From contig CAYIHD010000002.1 in the NCBI GenBank assembly GCA_964363205.1, positions 13,988 to 55,020 of the forward strand: a DNA stretch of 41,033 bases. The letters run 5' to 3'. Positions within the stretch are counted from its first letter, which is position 1; each line of letters begins with the position of its first letter. The notes beneath the pieces were generated by a model. The model ran no database searches and was not told the DNA's origin. It worked only from the letters and a program-made list of their open reading frames with translations. A program made the position numbers and the translations under genes. Origin of the DNA: an uncultured Candidatus Saccharibacteria bacterium (GTDB lineage Bacteria > Patescibacteriota > Minisyncoccia > Phycocordibacterales > SBAW01). Positions 13,008 through 21,218 of this stretch are shown piece after piece.

Positions 13008-15986
13008 ATGTCCGAGAAATTCGTACCCCTGCATGTACATTCGCACTACTCTTTGCTTAAGGCTCTGCCTAAAATACCGGAGCTGGTTGCCAAGGCCAAG
13101 GCGCAGGGATGCACCGCTTTGGCGCTGACCGACATCGACAATTTGTACGGCGCGATTGAGTTTTATAAAGAGTGTAAGTCGGCCGGCATCAAGCCTATCA
13201 TCGGGCTGGATGCAAAAATGGAAGGCGGCGCGCGCAAGCTCCTGTACGCCGCCGACCAGAGCGGCTACAAAAACCTGCTGGCACTGGTGACCCTATCGCA
13301 CCTCACGGACGCGCAAGGTACGCCCATTACACAAGCGATGTTGGACGAGCACTCGCTCGGGCTCGTTATTGTTGACCCAAAAGACCCTGCGATAGCCCTG
13401 CCGGAAATATATTATCTCGAGCCCGATGACCGCCGTGCATGGGAGGTGATGCGCGCGATAGAGAACCGCGGCCCGCAGGACGGTAATGTCGCGGAGGAAG
13501 ACGAGGCGTACTTTTTCCCCACCGCCGCCGCGATTGCCAAAAAATATACACAGGAACAAATAGAAAAAACATCCGCAATCGCCGGACAGTGCAACTTGGA
13601 GCTTGAGTTGGGCAAGTGGGTGTTCCCCAACTTCCCCATTCCGGCCGGCTCAACGTACAACGACGAACTGCGCGTACTTATAGAAGAAGGAATAAAGAGG
13701 CGTTTTATCGCCGCCACCCCCGAGGTGCGCGAGCGCGTTGAGTACGAGTACAACATCATCACCACCAAAGGCTACGCGCCGTACTTTCTTGTCGTCGCCG
13801 ACCTGCTCGCCTTTGCAAGGCAAAACGGCATACTGACCACCATCCGCGGCTCGGTTGCCGGCTCGCTTGTCACCTACGTCACCGGCATTACGAACGTAAA
13901 TCCGCTCGAGTACAAGCTCCCCTTCGAGCGCTTTCTCAACCCTGAGCGCCCCTCGGCGCCCGACATCGACATGGACTTTGCCGACAACCGGCGCGATGAG
14001 GTTATCGAGTACGCCAAAAAGAAATACGGCACCGACAACGTCGCGCAGATAGGAACCTTTGGCACCATGCTCGCGCGCGGCGTCGTACGCGACGTCGCGC
14101 GCGCGCTGGGCTACGCCTACGGCATCGGCGACCGCATCGCCAAGGAAATCCCCTTCGGCTCGCAGGGCTTCCCCATGACGCTGGAGCGCGCGCTTGAGGA
14201 AAATCCGGAGCTTAAAAAAATCTACGACAACGAGGAGGACGCGAAAGAAATAATCGACCTGGGCCGCAAAATAGAGGGCTGCGCGCGCCACGTCGGCGTG
14301 CACGCGGCGGGCGTCGTGATGTCGCCCACGCCGCTTGTCGACTACACGCCGCTGCAGTTGGACCCGAAGGGAGGCAAAATAATAACCCAGTATGACATGT
14401 ACTCGATAGAGGACGCGGGGCTGCTTAAGTTCGACTTCCTCGGCATCCGCAACCTCGCCATTTTGGCCGACGCGGTGCGGATTGTGGAGAAGACCCGCGG
14501 CATGAAGGTGGATATAGAAAACGTGCCGGTCGACGACAAAAGAACCTTCGAGATGCTGGCGCGCGGCGAGACCGAAGGGACCTTCCAGCTTAACGGCGCG
14601 GGGATGACCCGCTATCTTAAAGAGCTCAAACCCTCCAGCATCCACGACATCAACGCGATGGTCGCGCTCTTCCGCCCCGGACCCATGGAGACCATCCCCA
14701 TGTACATCGAGCGCAAGCACAACCCCGCGCTCATCCACTACCTCGACCCGCGGATGAAGGAGTATCTCGACTTTTCTTACGGCGTCATCGTCTACCAAGA
14801 CGATGTTTTGCTGACCGCGATTACACTCGCCGGATACAGCTGGCTCGGCGCCGACATGCTGCGCAAGGCCATGGGCAAAAAAATTCCGGCGGTTATGCAG
14901 GCCGAAAAAGAAAAATTGATTAAGGGGTTTGTCGACTACGGCAAGCTCACGTTCAGCTTGGCGGAAAAACTGTGGAAGCTCATCGAGCCGTTTGCCGCGT
15001 ACGGGTTCAACAAGGCGCACGCGGCGAGCTACGGCAAGGTCGCCTACCAAACCGCGTATATGAAGGCTAACTTCCCCGTCGAGTACATGGCGGCGGTGCT
15101 TACGGCGGAGTCCGGCGACGTCGACACGGTCGGCATCATGGTCGCCGAGTGCAAGCGCATCGGCATACCGGTTTTGCCGCCGGATGTCCAGATCAGCTTC
15201 GGCGACTTTACCGTGCTCTTGGGCGCCACCAAAGAACGCACCGAAAAAGCGGCGGTGCTTGCCGCGGGAGTGTCGGAAGACTCGATACGCTTCGGACTCA
15301 ACTCCATTAAAAACTTCGGTCGCGGCGTCGCCGAGGCGATTATTACCGAGCGCAAAGCAGGCGGGCGGTTTATTTCGTTATCCGACTTTCTGCGGCGCGT
15401 TACCGACCAGAACCTGAATAAAAAAGCGCTGGAAAGCCTGATCAGGTGCGGCGCGCTCGACTCGCTTGGCGAGCGCGGAGCCATGCTCGCGTCTATCGAA
15501 CTCCTGCTGGAGTATCATCGCGGACAAAAAGGAGGCTCGAGCGACTCTTTGTTTGCGGGGCTCGGGGGGAGTAGCGATCTAATACTGCCGGCGGCCCCGC
15601 CGGCGCCGCTCGGAGAGAAACTAAAATGGGAAAAGGAGCTCTTGGGGTTGTACGTATCCGGGCATCCGCTCGACCAGTACAAAGAAAAACTGAAAAAACG
15701 CTCCATGAGCATCGGCGAAATTAAAACTAAGACCATGCCCGGCGCGACCACTGTTGTGGCCGGCATGGTGGAGGACGTGCGCGTGATACTCACCAAGAGC
15801 GGCGACCAAATGGCGTTTATCAAGCTGATGGACGAAACCGGCTCAATCGAGGCGGTCGTATTTCCAAAAAGTTTTGTCGAGTATAAAAATATGTTAAAAC
15901 CCGAGAGTTGTATAGCGCTCAAAGGACGGCTCTCCAACCGCAACGGCGAATTGAGCCTTGTTGCAGAAGCGCTGAAAGCATTGTAG
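13008..15986 (+). CDS. dnaE: DNA polymerase III alpha subunit (short, 992 aa)
   Basis: PHP N-terminus (HVHSHYSLL), palm and fingers motifs (PDIDMDF, FDFLG), and a C-terminal OB fold. Confidence 0.93.
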   Translation: MSEKFVPLHVHSHYSLLKALPKIPELVAKAKAQGCTALALTDIDNLYGAIEFYKECKSAGIKPIIGLDAKMEGGARKLLYAADQSGYKNLLALVTLSHLTDAQGTPITQAMLDEHSLGLVIVDPKDPAIALPEIYYLEPDDRRAWEVMRAIENRGPQDGNVAEEDEAYFFPTAAAIAKKYTQEQIEKTSAIAGQCNLELELGKWVFPNFPIPAGSTYNDELRVLIEEGIKRRFIAATPEVRERVEYEYNIITTKGYAPYFLVVADLLAFARQNGILTTIRGSVAGSLVTYVTGITNVNPLEYKLPFERFLNPERPSAPDIDMDFADNRRDEVIEYAKKKYGTDNVAQIGTFGTMLARGVVRDVARALGYAYGIGDRIAKEIPFGSQGFPMTLERALEENPELKKIYDNEEDAKEIIDLGRKIEGCARHVGVHAAGVVMSPTPLVDYTPLQLDPKGGKIITQYDMYSIEDAGLLKFDFLGIRNLAILADAVRIVEKTRGMKVDIENVPVDDKRTFEMLARGETEGTFQLNGAGMTRYLKELKPSSIHDINAMVALFRPGPMETIPMYIERKHNPALIHYLDPRMKEYLDFSYGVIVYQDDVLLTAITLAGYSWLGADMLRKAMGKKIPAVMQAEKEKLIKGFVDYGKLTFSLAEKLWKLIEPFAAYGFNKAHAASYGKVAYQTAYMKANFPVEYMAAVLTAESGDVDTVGIMVAECKRIGIPVLPPDVQISFGDFTVLLGATKERTEKAAVLAAGVSEDSIRFGLNSIKNFGRGVAEAIITERKAGGRFISLSDFLRRVTDQNLNKKALESLIRCGALDSLGERGAMLASIELLLEYHRGQKGGSSDSLFAGLGGSSDLILPAAPPAPLGEKLKWEKELLGLYVSGHPLDQYKEKLKKRSMSIGEIKTKTMPGATTVVAGMVEDVRVILTKSGDQMAFIKLMDETGSIEAVVFPKSFVEYKNMLKPESCIALKGRLSNRNGELSLVAEALKAL

Positions 15987-16022
15987 AATAGTCGAGGACT
16001 CTATGAACCTCGGGAGACAACA

Positions 16023-16211
16023 GTGACAGTCACAAGACTTGATACCCCTATGGGGAAACAGCTTCGACGAGAATTCGAAAAGCTCGTCGAAGCAGGACGC
16101 CAAGGCCACACCGGCGACATTGTCGCCCGCAGCGATATTAACTTAGCCTCGGCGATGACCGAAGGGCTGCCGGACGGGCCGCTGCCGGCAAATGCCACCA
16201 ATCAAAAGTAG
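16023..16211 (+). CDS. doubtful 62-codon ORF (GTG start); this region may instead be a structured leader or sRNA
   Basis: No SD. The ORF contains an 11-bp perfect hairpin and several short palindromes. It ends 10 nt before a terminator. Confidence 0.2.
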   Translation: MTVTRLDTPMGKQLRREFEKLVEAGRQGHTGDIVARSDINLASAMTEGLPDGPLPANATNQK

Positions 16212-16220
16212 CTAAGTAAC

Positions 16221-16247
16221 CCTGCGCCGCGTTGGTGCAGGTTTTTT
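16221..16247 (+). terminator. intrinsic terminator 17 nt upstream of the thrS ATG
   Basis: CCTGCGCC-GCGTT-GGTGCAGG (8 bp including one G-U) followed by TTTTTTATTTTT. Confidence 0.6.
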
Positions 16248-16263
16248 ATTTTTGGGGTAGGAT

Positions 16264-17499
16264 ATGAATATAGTTATGGAAGAGCGCGACCACAAGAAAC
16301 TGGGTCCGGAGCTGGAGCTTTTTTATATTGACCAAGTTGTCGGCAAGGGGCTCCCGATGTTTTTACCTAAGGGCGCGACGGTTAAGCGCGAGCTTGAAAA
16401 TTTTGTTATCGAAGAGGAGACAAAGCGCGGGTACCAACACGTACATACGCCGGATTTGGCGCGCTTGGAATTGTATGAAAAAAGCGGGCATTATCCGCAC
16501 TACAAAGACTCTATGTACGCGCCTATCGAGATAGACGACGAAAAATTTATGCTCAGGCCGATGACCTGTCCGCACCATTTCCAAATGTATTTATCCAGTC
16601 CGCACAGCTACCGCGAACTGCCTATGCGCATAGCGGAATTGGCTCAACTGTACCGCTACGAGCAGTCCGGCGAGCTGATGGGCTTACAGCGCCTGCGCAC
16701 TTTCTGCCTTGCTGACGCGCACATAATCTGCGCCTCCGAGCAACAAGCCGCCGACGAAATAAGCGGCGCACTCGACCTTATCGAGCATATGGCAAACGTA
16801 TTCGGACTCAAACTGGGTACCGACTACCGGTACCGGCTTTCGCTGGGCGACCGCGCAAATACCGAAAAGTATTACAAAAACGACGCCGCATGGGAAAAGA
16901 GCGAGGATTTGCTGCGCGAGGTTATGCAGAAACGCGGCTGCGAGTTTGAGGAGGCAAGGGATGAAGCGGCGTTCTACGGTCCGAAAATCGACATACAAAT
17001 GAAGAACGTAAACGGAAAAGAAGACACTGCTTTTACCTGCCAGTACGACTTCTGCATGCCGGACCGTTTTGACTTAAGCTACACCGGCGAGGATGGAACA
17101 AAGAAGCGCGCGTTTGTCGTGCATCGCTCATCTATCGGCGCTATAGAGCGCATCATGGCTTTTCTTATAGAAAAATACGAAGGAGCCTTCCCCACCTGGC
17201 TCGCGCCGGTGCAGGCGCGCGTGCTCCCTATCGGCGAGGCGCATCAAGCATTTGCGCGCGAGGTTGCGGCACAACTAAAAGCCGCCGGGATACGCGCGGA
17301 GCTCGATGACAGCAACGAAAGCCTGGGCAAAAAAATCCGCGACGCCAAAAAAATGAAAGTCCCCTACCTGCTGGTTATAGGCGACGCGGAAGTCGCGGCC
17401 GGCACCGCAACGCTCGAGGGCAGGAACGGAAAAGTCGGAGCCCTTTCGGTCTCCGACATAATCCAAAAACTAAAGGAGGAAATTACTTCGCGCGGTTAA
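16264..17499 (+). CDS. thrS: threonyl-tRNA synthetase, catalytic core plus anticodon-binding domain only
   Basis: Begins at the RDHKKLG...LF motif that marks the start of the class II core. 411 aa, against about 640 aa for the canonical enzyme. An alternative ATG is at 16276. Confidence 0.92.
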   Translation: MNIVMEERDHKKLGPELELFYIDQVVGKGLPMFLPKGATVKRELENFVIEEETKRGYQHVHTPDLARLELYEKSGHYPHYKDSMYAPIEIDDEKFMLRPMTCPHHFQMYLSSPHSYRELPMRIAELAQLYRYEQSGELMGLQRLRTFCLADAHIICASEQQAADEISGALDLIEHMANVFGLKLGTDYRYRLSLGDRANTEKYYKNDAAWEKSEDLLREVMQKRGCEFEEARDEAAFYGPKIDIQMKNVNGKEDTAFTCQYDFCMPDRFDLSYTGEDGTKKRAFVVHRSSIGAIERIMAFLIEKYEGAFPTWLAPVQARVLPIGEAHQAFAREVAAQLKAAGIRAELDDSNESLGKKIRDAKKMKVPYLLVIGDAEVAAGTATLEGRNGKVGALSVSDIIQKLKEEITSRG

Positions 17500-18508
17500 T
17501 CTGGGCCTGTATAAACGGGTCGATACCGGTGAGTAGCGGAGCGGAATTCTGACGGACAAAAGTCTGGCCCGCCGGAGTCGCCCGAAGGGCGCCGGAGGAC
17601 GGGAGATCCGAGGACTTTTGGACGGCAGAATTCTGCGTAGCACCGCCCGTAAACCACGCGGCGATTTTGTTGTGCACTTTCTTTACCACAATCAAGTACG
17701 CGGCAAACAAGCACCACAGCACCAGGAAGCCCCAGTACAGCGCCGTGCCGACAGGCCCGAGCTCAAGACCGGTGTACGGCACCGCCGCGAGCGTCACGTA
17801 CGGAGTGTTGTTGTAGGCGATAGGACGCGGTGCTACGCAGTTAGGGTAGACGCCGGAGTAACCGCTCGGGCAGTAGTGAACTACCGGAGGTACACAGTTC
17901 GGGTACGTGCCGGTGTAACCGCTCGGGCAGTATTGAACCGGAGGGACACAGTTAGGGTACGTGCCGGTGTAACCTGATGGGCAGTATTGCTGCGGCCAAG
18001 AGCAATTGGGGTACGTACCCGTCATGCCCTGCGGGCAGTACTGAGTCTGCTGAGCAATCTGTCCGCCGATAGTGATGACGTTATTGTTGACGTTGTTGTT
18101 GTAGGAGCTCTGGGACTGCGCTTGAGACTGGTTTTGGGACTGGCGATTGCCTCCGCCGCCAAGAGTCGAACCTCCGGTAAACCCGCCGCCACCGAATCCG
18201 CCCATGCCGCCAAAACCGCTGCCGTAGTCGGAAAAGCCGGAGTCGGGGTAATAATCACCATAGCCGTAATCACTGGCGTAATAGTCGCCGTACCCAAAAT
18301 CACTACCTCCAAAATCGGAGGCGTAGTAATCGCCGTATCCAAAATCACTACCTCCAAAATCGGAGGCATAGTAATCGCCGTAGCCATAGTCACCAAACAG
18401 ATCGGCCGCCTGCGCTTTAGGCGCTACGGCGAACAATACGGCAACCAAAAGAAGCGCCGCGAGAGCGATGCTGATGTTACGAAAAGCGCTGTTGATAATA
18501 CTATTCAT
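17483..18508 (-). CDS. secreted / membrane-anchored tandem-repeat protein (341 aa)
   Basis: Signal peptide (...APKAQA), GYGDYYASDFGGSDF repeats, a Gly-rich and Q/N-rich linker, and 4x YCPSGYTGTYPNC. These are followed by VPYTG, a TM helix, KK, and a tail of about 60 aa. SD GGAG upstream. Confidence 0.85.
   Translation of the reverse strand: MNSIINSAFRNISIALAALLLVAVLFAVAPKAQAADLFGDYGYGDYYASDFGGSDFGYGDYYASDFGGSDFGYGDYYASDYGYGDYYPDSGFSDYGSGFGGMGGFGGGGFTGGSTLGGGGNRQSQNQSQAQSQSSYNNNVNNNVITIGGQIAQQTQYCPQGMTGTYPNCSWPQQYCPSGYTGTYPNCVPPVQYCPSGYTGTYPNCVPPVVHYCPSGYSGVYPNCVAPRPIAYNNTPYVTLAAVPYTGLELGPVGTALYWGFLVLWCLFAAYLIVVKKVHNKIAAWFTGGATQNSAVQKSSDLPSSGALRATPAGQTFVRQNSAPLLTGIDPFIQAQINRAK
17835..18052. 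repeat. four tandem 50-57-bp coding repeats (YCPxGxxGxYPNC modules)
   Basis: Units start near 17835, 17892, 17946 and 18003. Each shares the CAGTTxGGGTAxxxGCCGGxGTAACC...GGGCAGTA core. Confidence 0.8.
18248..18395. repeat. 45-bp tandem coding repeats (GYGDYYASDFGGSDF)
   Basis: Two full units (18278-18322 and 18323-18367) differ at 3 of 45 positions. Partial units flank them on both sides. Confidence 0.85.
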
Positions 18509-18594
18509 ATAATTTTTTGTCTCCTACACTAATAATCTCAATACCCACGCTCCGGGCTCAAAATAATTAGATTGAGCTCAGAGTACGAAAATTG

Positions 18595-18640
18595 AAAAAA
18601 TGTGCGGTGGCATGGTACAAGAACCATGCCACCGAGCACA
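18595..18640 (-). terminator. intrinsic terminator
   Basis: GGTGGCATGGT-ACAAGA-ACCATGCCACC 11-bp stem, extended by TGTGC/GCACA. On the minus strand it is followed by TTTTTT. Confidence 0.7.
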
Positions 18641-18650
18641 TATACTGCTT

Positions 18651-19175
18651 CTATCTGCAATCAAACTGGCAACGGACTCCACGGCCGTTCGGAGTCGGTC
18701 CGCAGCGTTCGCTGCGAACCAGTTGCCTCGGCGGATTACAGGCTCCGGTGTTGCCTCCGATATTCCGGAGATTGTAGTCCTTGCCGCGGGAACGCACATG
18801 ATGCGACTCGGCCGCCACATTGTCGAACGAACGGTATGCCGGCGTGTTTTTCCGATAGCTGGCCGGCTTCGCCTTGGTGTCGTCCTCGTTGCCGTTAACA
18901 CCGTTAACGCGCCAGTCGGGGTCGTAACAATCCCACGTCTGTTCACGGAACTCCTTTTCCTTAAGAGCTTCCAGTTTTTTGGCGGCGCCATCACGGCCTG
19001 CGGGAGTCATGGCAGTAAGACCCTTGCAGTATTTGGCCGCAACGTTGAAACGCGTCGACTGACCGGCGTAATCGCCCGGAGCAAGCTCTTCTTTGGGCGT
19101 AGGCGTCTGCGCAGCGGCAGTGACCGTAGTAGCCAACACAGTCAAAGCCGCGATAGCAAGGCGTAGTTTCGTCAT
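18651..19175 (-). CDS. hypothetical secreted protein (174 aa, Cys-containing)
   Basis: ATG 19175 follows an AAGGAGG SD. Signal peptide MTKLRLAIAALTVLATTVTAAAQ. A strong terminator follows the stop. Confidence 0.75.
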   Translation of the reverse strand: MTKLRLAIAALTVLATTVTAAAQTPTPKEELAPGDYAGQSTRFNVAAKYCKGLTAMTPAGRDGAAKKLEALKEKEFREQTWDCYDPDWRVNGVNGNEDDTKAKPASYRKNTPAYRSFDNVAAESHHVRSRGKDYNLRNIGGNTGACNPPRQLVRSERCGPTPNGRGVRCQFDCR

Positions 19176-19342
19176 TTCAGCCTCCTTTGTTGCGATGTCC
19201 GAGGACAGTCGGGCCACCTCGGCCCCAAGCTCAGTAATCTGTCTGGCGTCAGACTGCACCAGACTCAGTTTTTTGTCAAGCTCTGCAATTTGGGCCTGCA
19301 GAGCCTTGTTGTTGCGGCTCTGCTCCTCGCCCAGCCGCGCCG

Positions 19343-19663
19343 CTAGGCGGCCAGGCTCGTCAGAAAAGACGCGGGCAGATTGTACGAGACAAGCATCCCG
19401 CCGCAGAGCGCGCCGAGCGCCAATGCGACGAGGAACGTCACGCCGAGCTTCGAAAGGCGATCCTTCCAGACCGGAATCTTTGCGGCCAGGCCGGCATGCG
19501 CGGCATTTAGTTCCGCTTCGAGCGCGTCGGCGCGCCGCTTTTCGGCAACAGCCGCTTGGTCGCTTATTTCGACACGCTGCTTCAATCGCTCCATAGTGGA
19601 GATAGTTTTGTTGAGGATTTCATCCACTTGTTTGTGGGGCTCTCGAAAATCCAGGTCAGCCAT
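19343..19663 (-). CDS. hypothetical coiled-coil protein with a C-terminal TM helix (106 aa)
   Basis: ATG 19663 follows AAAGGA. Heptad-like N-terminus, then the hydrophobic stretch VTFLVALALGALCGGMLV. Confidence 0.55.
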   Translation of the reverse strand: MADLDFREPHKQVDEILNKTISTMERLKQRVEISDQAAVAEKRRADALEAELNAAHAGLAAKIPVWKDRLSKLGVTFLVALALGALCGGMLVSYNLPASFLTSLAA

Positions 19664-19764
19664 GACACGCGTCCTTTTCTGTTTTTGCGGGATGATTTGA
19701 AGCACGGTACTGCTCTGCCGGCCACTGTAGACCGGCAAACCTAAAGAATTTATGAACTTTTCAT

Positions 19765-20361
19765 TTACAGCTCATAGGCTCCTTTAAACTCCGCCGTTAC
19801 CACAAAACGGTCCGATTTGGTGCCAAAGGAGTCGCACGTAACCAGCGTAAGGAACTTACCCGTTGCCGGCAGTTCTATCACATCCTCGGTTGCGTTGGCA
19901 AGGCGCACGCCAGTTACCGTATAGCGGTATTCGGTAGTGTCCGAATAGACGCTCACCGTCTCCCCCGCTTTAAGTTTTTGGATGCCGTTGAACGCTTTGT
20001 AGTTTTGGTTGCGCACAATCGGCAAGTAGCTCGAGTGTCCGAAGATAAGCACGGTGCCCTCCTCGCCCAGACGCGCCGATGTCGGATAACGCACCGTGCC
20101 GCCAAGCAGCGCGGCGTCGAGCGCAGCAACGTCGGTAGCGTCGGGATTGGCGACTGTTTTATCGAGCCCGATAGATTTGGCGACGATGCGTACCGGCAAC
20201 TCCAGAGTTTGTACATCCGGTATTTTAGGTACGTCTTGCGTCCCGATAGGGTTTTGATTTTTCAACGGTTCCGGAAGCGCGTCCACTGCCGCCAGAAACA
20301 CAAAAGCAAGCGCAAAAAGCGCCACAAAGGTAACCGCAAAGGCCGTAGACTGTTTAGCCAT
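19765..20361 (-). CDS. sortase family transpeptidase (198 aa)
   Basis: N-terminal TM helix, His motif LIFGHS, Cys motif TLVTCD, and a downstream Arg (SDRFVV). The ATG at 20361 lies 7 nt after TGgTATATT. Confidence 0.85.
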   Translation of the reverse strand: MAKQSTAFAVTFVALFALAFVFLAAVDALPEPLKNQNPIGTQDVPKIPDVQTLELPVRIVAKSIGLDKTVANPDATDVAALDAALLGGTVRYPTSARLGEEGTVLIFGHSSYLPIVRNQNYKAFNGIQKLKAGETVSVYSDTTEYRYTVTGVRLANATEDVIELPATGKFLTLVTCDSFGTKSDRFVVTAEFKGAYEL

Positions 20362-20481
20362 GCATTGCAATATACCACATTTTTTAATAGGGTCAACTTG
20401 CATACTTGACAAATAAATGGCATGATGCTACCCTTGCAACTGCATTATATGACCCACAAAACTACATTCCAGGAGAACGCC

Positions 20482-21180
20482 ATGCGCGTTATAGCCGTTA
20501 TCGGCCTTATTGCCGTGCTTTTGCTCGGCGCGTGGGGCATTATCCAGCTCGCCTTTTTTATCCCTACCTTCCTTAGCAACATAGGCGGTTCTCTTGCTCC
20601 TAAAAATCAGGTAGCTCAAGTTGCCACCACCACCGTGCAGACGCCAATCGTGCAGACTCCGGCGGTTGTCGCTCCGGCGCGGGAAACGCAAAAGCCGGTG
20701 GTTAAAAAGCCGGCCGCCAAACCCGCGGCGGCGACATACGTTGCCAGCCCCAAACCGTACACTACCCTTTACGGCTATCCGGACCTGCAGGTACGCATGC
20801 TCGCCAATCCGAGCGTCGCGCGCGGCGGACAGGTCTCCATACAATTTGTTATCGAAAACGTCGGCACCAACATTGTCCCTGCCAACTGGTTCTTTACTGC
20901 GAGCCTCCCGTACTCGCCGGTCTACACCTATCAGTCGCCTGTTCAGCAGGCGCTGTACCCCGGCGACAAAATTGTTTACACGCTCGGCTATGTCGCGGAC
21001 TACCAATCTCAGTATCAATACGACGGCGGGTACGGTTGGAGTTATCCGTACTGGACATTGGACCAGTCGCAAGCATACGGCCAAATGTCGACCGTCTCTA
21101 TAAACGCCGACCCGTACAATCTTATCTACGAGCTGAACGAAAATAACAACACCGCCGGCATCTCCTACCAAGTCTATTAA
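20482..21180 (+). CDS. membrane-anchored CARDB-like domain protein (232 aa)
   Basis: AGGAG SD 6 nt before ATG 20482. TM helix, Pro/Ala/Lys linker, and a CARDB-like pattern (PDLQV...GGQVSIQFVIENVG...ADPYNLIYELNENNN). Confidence 0.8.
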   Translation: MRVIAVIGLIAVLLLGAWGIIQLAFFIPTFLSNIGGSLAPKNQVAQVATTTVQTPIVQTPAVVAPARETQKPVVKKPAAKPAAATYVASPKPYTTLYGYPDLQVRMLANPSVARGGQVSIQFVIENVGTNIVPANWFFTASLPYSPVYTYQSPVQQALYPGDKIVYTLGYVADYQSQYQYDGGYGWSYPYWTLDQSQAYGQMSTVSINADPYNLIYELNENNNTAGISYQVY

Positions 21181-21181
21181 A

Positions 21182-21212
21182 CCCAAAACTCGGACATCGG
21201 ATGTCCGAGTTT
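21182..21212. repeat. REP-like palindrome, copy B (right arm truncated)
   Basis: CCCAAAACTCGGACATC-G-GATGTCCGAGTTT has 13-bp paired arms (21186-21212). It starts 2 nt after the stop of the CARDB-like gene. Confidence 0.85.
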
Positions 21213-21218
21213 AACTAC

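Noticed and set aside
15987-16263. A T-box riboswitch upstream of thrS.
   Set aside because: I could not find the conserved T-box sequence (GGGTGGTACCGCG-like) or a convincing stem I / specifier arrangement. Only the generic leader-plus-terminator idea is retained.
17483-17499. Convergent 3' overlaps: thrS with the repeat protein (17 nt), the kinase with transketolase (29 nt), and rnr with the aminotransferase (4 nt). I considered whether these indicate mis-annotation.
   Set aside because: Short convergent overlaps are common in compact genomes. The C-termini on both sides look intact.
18022-18396. 124-aa alternative-frame ORF inside the repeat-protein gene.
   Set aside because: It is an artefact of the tandem repeats (T/I/P-rich) and has no start signals. 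The annotated frame has a signal peptide and coherent repeats.
19176-19342. The 167-nt spacer is an open, heptad-like frame (…LGEEQSRNNKALQAQIAELDKKLSLVQSDARQITELGAEVARLSSDIATKEAE) continuous with the downstream secreted-protein ORF. This hints at a longer or once-fused gene.
   Set aside because: There is no ATG, GTG or TTG upstream of GTG 19259. Further upstream the frame becomes R-rich nonsense. The ATG at 19175 has a perfect AAGGAGG SD and starts a normal signal peptide. The hint is kept only as a weak possibility of gene decay.
20428-21186. 252-aa minus-strand ORF that exactly mirrors the CARDB-like gene.
   Set aside because: The plus-strand frame has an SD, a TM helix and the CARDB-like E.NE.NN ending. 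The minus-strand product is R/G/V-rich with no features.
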